Source: Acidobacteria bacterium ADurb.Bin340
GTDB taxonomy: Bacteria > Acidobacteriota > Holophagae > Holophagales > Holophagaceae
DNA length: 48,457 bases
Direction: 5' to 3'
Assembly (NCBI GenBank): GCA_002068835.1
Contig: MWBB01000001.1
Location: 1-48,457 of the forward strand
This document shows, one piece after another, positions 31,710 through 40,092 of this stretch. Position 1 is the first letter of the stretch. Every line of letters begins with the position of its first letter. The translations under genes were made by a program, and so were the position numbers. The notes under the pieces are model-generated. The model was not told where the DNA came from. It did not search any database and saw only the letters and a list, made by a program, of their open reading frames with translations.

Positions 31710-33763
31710 GCCTCTTCGACCATCCCCTTGTGCCCGCCTTGGGCTGGACCCTGCTGCACAGCCTCTGGCAGGGCCTTCTGGTGGCCGGGGCCACAACCCT
31801 GCTGCTGCGCGTGGCCCGGGGCGCCACCCCCGGCACCCGCCACGCCCTGGCCGGGATCGGCCTCTTCCTGTGCTTCCTCGGTCCGGCCCTCACGCTTGCG
31901 CACCTGTGGCCCGCTGAAGCCGCCCTTCCCGCACCGTTGGCTTCGTCCCTCGCCTCCCTCGCCCCTCCGGCAGGCGTGGCGGGGTCCTTGGCGCCTGCGG
32001 GGCCGACCCTGGCGGATCGGATCCGTCCGGCCCTGCCCTGGATCGTGGCCGCCTGGAGCCTCGGGGCGCTGGTTGCGTTGACACGCTTGGCCGCGGGCTG
32101 GGCCTGGCTCCATCGCCTCCGGCGGCGGGCCCTTCCGGCTTCCCCCGACTGGGAAGCCCGCCTCGCGCGCCTGGCCCGGCGCATGGGCCTCCGCCGGGTT
32201 CCGGGCCTCAGGCTTTGCGGAACCCTGGGCGGCCCGGTGGTCCAGGGCTGGTGGCGCCCCGTGATCCTCATGCCCCCGGCCCTGCTGCTGAACCTGGACG
32301 CAGGCTTGCTGGAAGCGCTCCTGGCCCACGAACTGGCCCACCTGCGCCGCCACGACCCGCTGGTGAACCTGATCCAGAGCCTCTGCGAAACCCTGCTCTT
32401 CTACCATCCCGCCGTCTGGTGGCTCTCCGCGCGGGTCCGCCAGACCCGGGAGGAGGCCTGCGACCACCTCGCGGCCACGGCCATCGGCGAACCGCGGCGC
32501 CTGGCCCTGGCCCTTGCCGAGCTGGACCGGTTCCAGCTCCCCGCCCCCGCCCTGGGGGCCCACCAAGGAGACCTCATGACCCGCATCCGAAGGCTGCTCC
32601 AGCCTCCCCCACCGCGGCCCCTGCTGGGCGGAGCCCTGCCGGCCGTCCTCACAGCCATCCTTCTGGCCCCCTTCACGGCCCACGGGGCTCCACCCGCCCC
32701 GGAACCGGCTCCCGCCCCCATCCTCGTCGCACCGGACCGCCTGGCCGAGGTGGATGCCCTGGCCAAGGAGCACGGGTTGGATCCCCACCTGCTCCGGGCC
32801 ATGGCCTGGGCCGAAAGCCGCTTCGATCCCGCGGCCCGCAGCCCGCGGGGGGCCATGGGCCTGCTCCAGGTGATGCCTGAAACGGCCCGGAAATACGGCG
32901 CCACCCGGATGGACGATCCCGCCGACGTGGCCGCCGCCGGCGCCCGCTACCTGAAGGCCCTGCTGGCCCGCTACCCGGGCGATGTGGCCAAGGCCGTCGC
33001 CGCCTACAACTGCGGCGAGGAGGCCCTGGACGCCGGGCGGATCACCGAGGAGGCCACCCGCTACCGGGCCCTGGTGCTGAGGCTGTACCAGGCCCGGGCC
33101 ATCCAGCCGGAACCCGCGAGGTCACCTTCGGCGGCGGAGGCCCCCAAGGCCGGACCCCGGAGCTTCCTGTGGGCTCGCAAAGCGGATCGTTTGACCCTCA
33201 AGGGATCCCTTACCCGACCGGAGCTCCAGCAATGGTTGGCGGACCACTGGAACACGCTCTTCGTGGAGGACGCAGAGGACCGCCGGGTTGAGCAGGGACT
33301 GAAGCCCCTGCGCACAGGGGAGAAACCCGCGCTCCACCTGGACCTGACAGATGCGGCTCCCCGCGATCTGATGACATTGCTGACCCGCGATGGCTGGCTA
33401 CCCGACCCAGGGACCGCGGCCTGGAAGGCGCAGATGCCCGCAGCCACCCTCTCCGGCCATCTGAAGCGCAACCCCGACGGGACCTTGGACCTGCGGTTCG
33501 AGGTGGTGGCGCTGGGAGGCTATGACCTGGTGATCCAGAATGCCTCGGGTGCCGAGATCGGCCAGATCATATCCGGCTCCCAGGCCTCTGAAACCCCCGT
33601 GCTCCGAGACCGCTCCCTCCCTCGGGTACGTCTCGAAGCTCACCAAGGAGCGCTTCGCATCCGAGCCACAGAGCATGGAACCGGACGCTGGGGGGAGACT
33701 GCCGTTCCCTTTGAAGGCACCGAAACCACCTGCTGGATCCGCATCGACCAGCCTGCCCGGTAG
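31706..33763 (+). CDS. M56/BlaR1-family membrane metalloprotease fused to an SLT lytic-transglycosylase domain and an unknown C-terminal domain
   Basis: ATGA overlap with blaI. N-terminal TM segments; HELAH (residues 208-212) plus REEACD (residues 248-253) are the M56 signature. A TM segment at about residues 305-325 and a Pro-rich linker follow. AWAESRFDP...GLLQVMPETA...AAYNCG (residues about 345-445) is an SLT/GH23 pattern. Residues 470-685 are unassigned. Confidence 0.85.
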   Translation: MSLFDHPLVPALGWTLLHSLWQGLLVAGATTLLLRVARGATPGTRHALAGIGLFLCFLGPALTLAHLWPAEAALPAPLASSLASLAPPAGVAGSLAPAGPTLADRIRPALPWIVAAWSLGALVALTRLAAGWAWLHRLRRRALPASPDWEARLARLARRMGLRRVPGLRLCGTLGGPVVQGWWRPVILMPPALLLNLDAGLLEALLAHELAHLRRHDPLVNLIQSLCETLLFYHPAVWWLSARVRQTREEACDHLAATAIGEPRRLALALAELDRFQLPAPALGAHQGDLMTRIRRLLQPPPPRPLLGGALPAVLTAILLAPFTAHGAPPAPEPAPAPILVAPDRLAEVDALAKEHGLDPHLLRAMAWAESRFDPAARSPRGAMGLLQVMPETARKYGATRMDDPADVAAAGARYLKALLARYPGDVAKAVAAYNCGEEALDAGRITEEATRYRALVLRLYQARAIQPEPARSPSAAEAPKAGPRSFLWARKADRLTLKGSLTRPELQQWLADHWNTLFVEDAEDRRVEQGLKPLRTGEKPALHLDLTDAAPRDLMTLLTRDGWLPDPGTAAWKAQMPAATLSGHLKRNPDGTLDLRFEVVALGGYDLVIQNASGAEIGQIISGSQASETPVLRDRSLPRVRLEAHQGALRIRATEHGTGRWGETAVPFEGTETTCWIRIDQPAR

Positions 33764-33767
33764 CTTC

Positions 33768-33804
33768 AAAGGATGGCGGAGGTTCCTGACCTCCGCCATC
33801 CCTT
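33768..33804. terminator. Strong hairpin between convergent genes (terminator-like, no U-tract)
   Basis: GGATGGCGGAGG (33771-33782), loop TTCCTGA, CCTCCGCCATCC (33790-33801). A 12-bp perfect stem in the 46-nt gap between the stops at 33763 and 33810. Confidence 0.5.
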
Positions 33805-33809
33805 GAACG

Positions 33810-35462
33810 TCAGTACTCGAACGTGCTGCCGCCGATGAACTCCCGCAGGATCGAGGTGTGGGGCACCTCGTCGGGGAAGAGGGGGGCGAACATGCGCAGG
33901 AACTGGAGCAGGCGGTAGGCTTCGCCGAAGGCTTCGTCGTCCTGGCTGACCTCCAGCAGGAAGCGTTCCGCGTACATCCGCAGCACGGCCGGCTCGTAGA
34001 TCAGGGTGGAGTTGAACATCACATCTGCGCTCTCCTGGAACGGGAAGATGTTGTGGCGCTCCCCGCGCAGCACCGAGTGCCACATGTTCAGGGTGCGGCT
34101 GGCGCTGTGCCCGCGGGTTTTGCGGTCCCGGACGATGCGGCGGATCAGGCGCACGTCGGTGGTCATGATCCGGTTGTGGTTGTCCAGGCTCAGCTGGGTA
34201 AGGGCGCTGATGTAGATCCTCAGCTTGTTCTCGGAGGGCACGGCCTCGGTCAGCTTGGGGTTCAGGCCGTGGATGCCCTCTACGATCAGGATGTCGTTGG
34301 GACCCAGCTGGTAGGTCTCGGTCTTCGCGGAACGGTTGCCGGTGAAGAAGTCGTAAATGGGAACCTGCACCTCGCGGCCCGCCAGGAGCTGTTCCATGTG
34401 CTGGTTGAAGAGGGCCACATCCACGGCCTCCAGGCATTCGAAATCAGGCTTGCCGTCTTCGCCCAAGGGCGTCTGGTCCCGCCCCAGGAAGTAGTTGTCC
34501 GTGGAGAGCGCGATGGGGCGCAGGCCGTTCACCCGGAGCTGCACCATGAGCCGCTTGCTGAAGGTGGTCTTGCCGGAACTGCTGGGGCCGGCGATGAGCA
34601 CGAGCCGCACCCGGTCCCGCTGGGAGGCCACGATGTCCGCGAACTGCGCGATCTTCTTTTCGTGGAACCCTTCGGCGATCTTGATGACTTCGCCGATCTC
34701 CCCACCGAGGCAGGCCTGGTTCAGCTCACCCACGTTCACCACGCCCAGGATGCGGTTCCAGTCCTTGGTTTCCTTGTGGATCTTGAAGAGGTGGGGCTCC
34801 TCGCCCCGCTGGGGCTCGGCCGCCCGCTGTTCCGGAAAACGCAGCACGAAGCCCGGAGCGTAGGAGATCAGCTCAAAGTGATCCACGAAGCCTGTGGAGG
34901 GCACCACGGGTCCGTGCTGGATGTCCTTGAACACCCCGCAGCCCACCAGGCGCACTTCGATCCAGCGGGTGGTGTCGAGGAGCTTGACCTTGTCCTCGTA
35001 CCCTTCGCTGCGGAAGTATTCCCGGGCCTCCTCGCTGGTGATGGTCTGACGCTGGAAGGGCCGATTCTCCGACACGATGAGGCGCATGCGGGCCTCGATC
35101 TCCGCCAAGTGGTTCTCAGGCAGCGGCGTTTCGGAGTGGAGGTCGAAATAGTAGCCTCCGGCCAGGGACTGCCCCACAACGATGGTGGCTTCGGGGTAGA
35201 GCTCCTCCACCGCCTCGAAGAGGATCAGGCAGGCGCTCCGCCGGTAGACCGCCGTGCCTTCGCGCTGGTCATAGGTCACGGGGGTCACCCGGCAGGAGTA
35301 GCGCAGCGAAGTCTCCAGGCTCACCAGATGCTGGTTGAGCTTGGCCGCCAGAGGCCGCCCACCCTTCCGGGGCGGATAGCGCTTGAGCAGTTCGCCGATG
35401 CATTCCCCGGCCTTCACGGGCAGCCGCTGGCCTTCCAGAAGGACCTCGATGGTGTGGGACAT
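33810..35462 (-). CDS. ThrRS-N-terminus-like (TGS plus degenerate editing/SAD-like domain) fused to a uridine kinase/PRK-family P-loop kinase
   Basis: Start set at Met123 of ORF 33810..35828 (MSHTIEV, GGAGG RBS). The N-terminus resembles ThrRS (RRSACLILFEAVEELYPEATIVVGQSLAGGYYFDL; FKDIQHGPVVPSTG). The C-terminal kinase has LIAGPSSSGKTTF (Walker A) and ILIVEGIHGLNP. Confidence 0.85.
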   Translation of the reverse strand: MSHTIEVLLEGQRLPVKAGECIGELLKRYPPRKGGRPLAAKLNQHLVSLETSLRYSCRVTPVTYDQREGTAVYRRSACLILFEAVEELYPEATIVVGQSLAGGYYFDLHSETPLPENHLAEIEARMRLIVSENRPFQRQTITSEEAREYFRSEGYEDKVKLLDTTRWIEVRLVGCGVFKDIQHGPVVPSTGFVDHFELISYAPGFVLRFPEQRAAEPQRGEEPHLFKIHKETKDWNRILGVVNVGELNQACLGGEIGEVIKIAEGFHEKKIAQFADIVASQRDRVRLVLIAGPSSSGKTTFSKRLMVQLRVNGLRPIALSTDNYFLGRDQTPLGEDGKPDFECLEAVDVALFNQHMEQLLAGREVQVPIYDFFTGNRSAKTETYQLGPNDILIVEGIHGLNPKLTEAVPSENKLRIYISALTQLSLDNHNRIMTTDVRLIRRIVRDRKTRGHSASRTLNMWHSVLRGERHNIFPFQESADVMFNSTLIYEPAVLRMYAERFLLEVSQDDEAFGEAYRLLQFLRMFAPLFPDEVPHTSILREFIGGSTFEY

Positions 35463-35503
35463 GGAGCCTCCAAGGGGTGGCTTCCATCCTCCCACAACCC
35501 GTC

Positions 35504-36700
35504 TCAACGCTTGAGCACCTGACGGATGGCCGCCACCACCTGATCCTGGTCGGCTTCGGTGAGCCCCGGCCACAGGGGCAGGCTCAGCAGGCGGTCGCCG
35601 CTCCACTCGGAATGGGGCAGGCCCTCCGGCGGAAGGGCCTGCGGGTTCTGGGTGTAGTAGTCCCGGTAGAAGGCGTGGATGTGGGCCGGGCGGTAGTGGA
35701 TGCCGGTGCCGATGTTCTCGTCCTTCAGGGCCTGCACGAAAGCGTCCCGATCCAGGCCGACCCTTTCCGGCTGGATGCGCAGCACGAAAAGATGGAAGCA
35801 GTGGCCATGAACGGCATCGCCCTCCCAAGGCAGCACTAGCCCATCGGTGCCTTTCAGCAGCTCCAGGTAGCGACGGAAGAGCACCCCGCGCCGCGCATTG
35901 AACCCGTCCAGCTTCTTGAGCTGATGAAGTCCCAGGGCCGCCTGGATGTCCATGAGGTTGGCCTTGCGCCCCGGCTCCATCACTTCGGTGTGAGGGCTGC
36001 CCTCCTTGGAGAACCGCTTCCAGGCGTCCTTTTCGATGCCGTGGAAGCGAAGGCGCTTGGCCCGATCCAGAAGGCGATCATCGTGCAGCACCAGGGCGCC
36101 GCCTTCGCCCGTGGTCATGTTCTTGTTGGGGTGGAAGCTGTAGACGCTGGCCACGGAGCGGGGATCGCTGCCCACCTTCCGACCGCCGTGGTGGGCCCCC
36201 ATGGCCTGGGCCGCATCCTCCACCACCCAGAGCCCGTGCCGTTCGGCCATCTCCCAGATGGCCACCATGGGCGCCGGCAGGCCGGTGAGGTGGACCGGGA
36301 TGATGCCCCGGGTGCGGGGCGTGATCCGGGCCTCGATCCGCTCCGGGTCGATGTTGAGGGTTTTCGGATCGATGTCCGCCAGAACCGGGATGCCCCCCTG
36401 CAGCACGATGGTGTTCAGGGTGGAGGCCCAGGTCATCGAAGTCGTGATCACCTCATCGCCCGGCTGAAGCTCCAGCAGTTGAAGGATGACCTCCTGGGCA
36501 GCGGTGGCGCTGCTGAAGGCCAGACAATGCTTCACGCCGTTGTAGGCCGCCAGCTCCTCCTCGAAGCGCGCCGCCTTGGGGCCCGTGGTGATCCATCCGG
36601 AGTTCACGGAGTCGATGAATTCCTCGATCTCCTCCGGCCCCACCATGGGACGGGTGAAGGGCAGAAACGTTTCGCGGCGCTGGTAGGTCATGGGATCCAT
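35504..36700 (-). CDS. DegT/DnrJ/EryC1/StrS family PLP-dependent aminotransferase
   Basis: LPFTRPMVGPEEIEEFIDSVNSGWITTGPK...FSSATAAQEV...SFHPNKNMTTGEGGALV (PLP-binding Lys context). ATG 36691 is an alternative start. Confidence 0.9.
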   Translation of the reverse strand: MDPMTYQRRETFLPFTRPMVGPEEIEEFIDSVNSGWITTGPKAARFEEELAAYNGVKHCLAFSSATAAQEVILQLLELQPGDEVITTSMTWASTLNTIVLQGGIPVLADIDPKTLNIDPERIEARITPRTRGIIPVHLTGLPAPMVAIWEMAERHGLWVVEDAAQAMGAHHGGRKVGSDPRSVASVYSFHPNKNMTTGEGGALVLHDDRLLDRAKRLRFHGIEKDAWKRFSKEGSPHTEVMEPGRKANLMDIQAALGLHQLKKLDGFNARRGVLFRRYLELLKGTDGLVLPWEGDAVHGHCFHLFVLRIQPERVGLDRDAFVQALKDENIGTGIHYRPAHIHAFYRDYYTQNPQALPPEGLPHSEWSGDRLLSLPLWPGLTEADQDQVVAAIRQVLKR

Positions 36701-36718
36701 CCGAACCCCAGGCTACCG

Positions 36719-38149
36719 TCAGGCGATGGGCACCGTCAGGGTCATGGCCGTGCCCTGGCCCAGGCCCTCGCTGTGCAATGCGATGGTGCCGCCCATCATT
36801 TCCATCAAATGCTTGCAGATCACCAGACCCAGCCCGGTACCGCCGAAGCTCCGGGCGTGGCCGCCCTGCGCCTGAACGAATTTCTGGAAGAGCTTGGCCT
36901 GATCCTCGGGCCGAATGCCCAGCCCCGTATCCACCACCTGGACGGTGACCTGCCCGAAGCCCCGCTCCACCACCACCTGCACGGAGCCTTCAGGGGTGAA
37001 CTTCAGGGCGTTGGAAAGCAGGTTGAGGAGCACCTGCTTGAACCGGCCGGGATCCACCACCACCTCCGGCAGTTCCTGGAGACCCTCCGGCCAGACCAGC
37101 GCCACCCCTTCGGCCCGTGGGTAGGCCGTGGCGATGGGCTTCACCTCTTCCACCAGCACATGGAGGCTGAAGGACTCGGGATGAACCTGCATGCGCCCGC
37201 TCTCGATCTTGGCCAGATCCAGGATGTCGTTGAGCAGGTTGAGAAGGTGCTTGCCCGAAGCGTAGGAATCCTGGAGCATGCGCCGCCTCTCGTCCTCATC
37301 CTCGTACAGCTCGTCCAGGACCAGGCGGGTGAAGCCCAGGATGCCGGTGAGGGGCGTGCGCAGTTCGTGGCTGGTGAGGGCAAGGAATTCGCTCTTGAAC
37401 CGATCGGCCTCCCGCAGCGCCGCATTGGCCTTTTCCAGTTCGGCCGTCTTCTCCCGGAGGGCGTCCCGCTGCTTGCCCAGATCCCGGAAGAGCCAGGCGT
37501 TGTAGATGGAGACCGCCACCTGGCGCTGGAGGATGGTGAGGCTGTCCTGCTCCTCCTCCAGCGAGGTCCCCGCGTCCAGGGCCAGCACTGCGAAGCCCAT
37601 GAGGAGGAGCTGGTGCTCGAAAGGGATGAAGTAGAGGGCCGCATCCGGCGAAACCTTGAGGGCTCCCAGGGGCCCCTCCGTGACCCCCGCATCCAGCCAC
37701 TGGGACTGGAAGAGCACCAGCGGCTGGTCCGGAAAGGGGTTCGGAGCGGGCAGCGCCAGCCCCGACCAGACGGCACGGGGCACGCCGTGGCCCACCCGGG
37801 GCTGGTACGCGCTGCCTTCATCCTCCAGGATCCAGACCGCGCAGGCCTTGGCGCCGAACTCGCGGACGAACACATCCAGCAGCACGCTGGCCACCTGGGT
37901 GGCCTTGGGGGTGGCCGCCAGGATCTCCGCCACATGCTGGAGCACGGTCATCTGGTGGGTGCGGCGGCTCAGGCGGACCCGCAATTCGTTCAGCTCCGCG
38001 GCCTGGCTGGAGACCTGGCGCTGCAGCTGAACCATCTGGGCCAGCACTTCCGCGCTGGCAGTGGCACCCTGGCCGGGCCCTGCAGCGGGGCCGCCCGGCT
38101 TGAAGGGATTCATCGCCGGGCCGCCGGGCTTGAAGGGAGGGTTGCTCAT
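36719..38149 (-). CDS. Cytoplasmic GAF-domain sensor histidine kinase
   Basis: FLALTSHELRTPLTGILGF (H-box), LLNLLSNALKFT (N-box), DTGLGI (G1) and GGTGLGLVICKHLME (G2). A GAF-like region precedes a coiled coil. No TM segment. N-terminal duplicated NP(P)FKPGGPA motif. Start uncertain (38113, 38149 or 38176). Confidence 0.85.
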   Translation of the reverse strand: MSNPPFKPGGPAMNPFKPGGPAAGPGQGATASAEVLAQMVQLQRQVSSQAAELNELRVRLSRRTHQMTVLQHVAEILAATPKATQVASVLLDVFVREFGAKACAVWILEDEGSAYQPRVGHGVPRAVWSGLALPAPNPFPDQPLVLFQSQWLDAGVTEGPLGALKVSPDAALYFIPFEHQLLLMGFAVLALDAGTSLEEEQDSLTILQRQVAVSIYNAWLFRDLGKQRDALREKTAELEKANAALREADRFKSEFLALTSHELRTPLTGILGFTRLVLDELYEDEDERRRMLQDSYASGKHLLNLLNDILDLAKIESGRMQVHPESFSLHVLVEEVKPIATAYPRAEGVALVWPEGLQELPEVVVDPGRFKQVLLNLLSNALKFTPEGSVQVVVERGFGQVTVQVVDTGLGIRPEDQAKLFQKFVQAQGGHARSFGGTGLGLVICKHLMEMMGGTIALHSEGLGQGTAMTLTVPIA

Positions 38150-38241
38150 CGGGATTCCAGAGGCCACTTTTAGCATGCCCGGGCAGCGAGGCATTGCAAG
38201 CGACCAAGGCGCACCCAACAATGGCCTGTTTCGGGAACACG

Positions 38242-39453
38242 ATGGCCTCGCATGCCCTTCAGACACCCCGCGTCGAGCGCCTCGTCTTCTGGGGCGTCGC
38301 GGCTCTGCTGCTGTTGCAGGTGGGGTTCTGGATCAGTGTCCAGTTCCGGGAATCCAACCGCCTTCTGGCCGCCCGAATCGCCCAGATGCGCGCCGCCCGC
38401 GCCGAGGCCTGGCAGTTCGACTCCATGGGTCTCCTGAGGATCAACCTGCCCCGGCTCCCCAGCGAAGGGCCCGGCGTGGTGGTGGGCCTCCTGCCGGACA
38501 CCCGCAGCCTGGAAGACCGCATCCGGGCCATCGAAGCCCGGTTTCCGGAGGTCGTGGTGGTCAAGGAGCCCGTGGACCTGGATGATCCGGTGCTCCTGGC
38601 GGACCAGACGGTGTTCATCACCCTGCGCCGGGAGCTGCTGGAGCGCATGGAGGACGAGCGGATCGGAGCTCTCATCCGAGCAAGCCTCCAGGCCCTGGTG
38701 CTGCTGGCTGCGGTGTTCCTGGGGCTGACCTACATCAACCGGAAGCTCAACACCGAAATGGAGGTGATGCTCCGCCAGCGGAACTTCCTCGCCTCCGTGA
38801 CCCACGAACTCAAGACCCCCATCGCCAGCCTCCGGGTGTGGATGGAAACAGTCTTCGATCGCCCCCTGGAGGCGGACCAGCGGAGCCGCATCCGCGCCTT
38901 CATGGATGGTGATCTCCAACGCCTGGCGGAACTGGTGGGCAACCTGCTGGAGGTGGCCCGGGCGGAAGCTGGGCGCCTGGAGCTCAGCCTCGAAGCCGTG
39001 GATCTGGCGCCCTGGCTGCGCAGGGTCTGCGAAGCCATGGACCAGCGCCTCGGGAGCGGCGCCCTGGGACTGCGCCTGGACGTGGCAGAGGGCCTCCGCG
39101 CACGGATCGATCCCAATTACATGGGTTCCGTGGTGGAGAACCTCCTCTCCAACGCCTTCAAGTACGCCCCTGTGCCCCGGGAAACGCGAGTGACGCTGGA
39201 TGCCGATGGCGAAGACATCGTACTGGTGGTTTCGGACCGGGGCCACGGCATCGCTTCCAAGGACCTTCCCCGGATCTTCCAGCGGTTCTCCCGCCTGGGG
39301 GATGAGATGACCCGCAGTGTCCCGGGCACCGGGCTGGGCCTCTTCCTCTGCCGCGAAATCGTGCGGGCCCACGGTGGGGAAATCCGCGCGAGCAGCCGCG
39401 GGACGGGGTGCGGCACCACCTTCACGGTGCGCTTCGGCCGAGTGGCACGGTAG
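38242..39453 (+). CDS. Membrane sensor histidine kinase (two TM segments, periplasmic loop of about 110 aa)
   Basis: FLASVTHELKTPIASL (H-box), ENLLSNAFKYA (N-box), DRGHGI and GTGLGLFLCREIV. TM segments LVFWGVAALLLLQVGFWI and LQALVLLAAVFLGLTYI. ATG 38221 is an alternative start. Confidence 0.85.
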   Translation: MASHALQTPRVERLVFWGVAALLLLQVGFWISVQFRESNRLLAARIAQMRAARAEAWQFDSMGLLRINLPRLPSEGPGVVVGLLPDTRSLEDRIRAIEARFPEVVVVKEPVDLDDPVLLADQTVFITLRRELLERMEDERIGALIRASLQALVLLAAVFLGLTYINRKLNTEMEVMLRQRNFLASVTHELKTPIASLRVWMETVFDRPLEADQRSRIRAFMDGDLQRLAELVGNLLEVARAEAGRLELSLEAVDLAPWLRRVCEAMDQRLGSGALGLRLDVAEGLRARIDPNYMGSVVENLLSNAFKYAPVPRETRVTLDADGEDIVLVVSDRGHGIASKDLPRIFQRFSRLGDEMTRSVPGTGLGLFLCREIVRAHGGEIRASSRGTGCGTTFTVRFGRVAR

Positions 39454-39462
39454 GATTTCCGG

Positions 39463-40092
39463 ATGGACAAAGGTGCTGTCATGACCCCAGAGCGGACGCC
39501 GGAGTCGGAACTCATCGCGCGTTCGCTCGAAGGGGATGGGGACGCCTTCGGAAAGCTGGTGGAGCCCTATCTGGGGCTCTTCGCGGCGGGCATCCAGCGC
39601 ATCCTGCAGGACCAGCTGGATACCCAGGACGCCCTGCAGGAGGCCCTCCTCGCCATCTACACCCAGCTCCACCGCTTCCAGGGCAAGAGCAAGTTCAGCA
39701 CCTGGGGCTACCGGGTCTGCCTCAACGAGGCCCTCATGTTGCGGAGATCACGAATCCGCCGACGGGAGGACACGCTGGATGATTTCCTGCCACGTTATGC
39801 GCCGGACGGGCATCTCATGGGCAAGGACGGCCTCAGGGATCTCAGCCAGGAGGCCACGGCACTTGAGAATGTGGAGCGTCAGCAAGTCCGGCAGAAGGTT
39901 CAGGAAGGCCTGAACCGCCTGTCGGACGACCAGCGCGCCGTGTTCGTTTTGAGGGACCTGGAAGGCATGGATACCGAAGAGGTGGCAGAGATGCTGGGGA
40001 TCAGCCGCGGGCTGGTGCGGCAGCGTCTGCACCGGGCCCGCTTGGGCCTTCGGGGGATCCTGGCTCCCTTCGTCCAAGGGGGAACTGCGTGA
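39463..40092 (+). CDS. ECF-type RNA polymerase sigma-70 family factor
   Basis: Region 2 is DALQEALLAIYTQLHRFQGKSKFSTWGYRVCLNEAL. Region 4 is LSDDQRAVFVLRDLEGMDTEEVAEMLGISRGLVRQRLHRAR. The gene starts 9 nt after the histidine kinase stop; ATG 39481 is an alternative start. Confidence 0.9.
   Translation: MDKGAVMTPERTPESELIARSLEGDGDAFGKLVEPYLGLFAAGIQRILQDQLDTQDALQEALLAIYTQLHRFQGKSKFSTWGYRVCLNEALMLRRSRIRRREDTLDDFLPRYAPDGHLMGKDGLRDLSQEATALENVERQQVRQKVQEGLNRLSDDQRAVFVLRDLEGMDTEEVAEMLGISRGLVRQRLHRARLGLRGILAPFVQGGTA

Noticed and set aside
35463-35828. The N-terminal 122 codons of track ORF 33810..35828.
   Set aside because: They overlap the 3' end of the DegT aminotransferase gene in another frame and are Pro/Gly/Arg-rich. 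The internal ATG at 35462 has a GGAGG RBS and begins the TGS-like domain.
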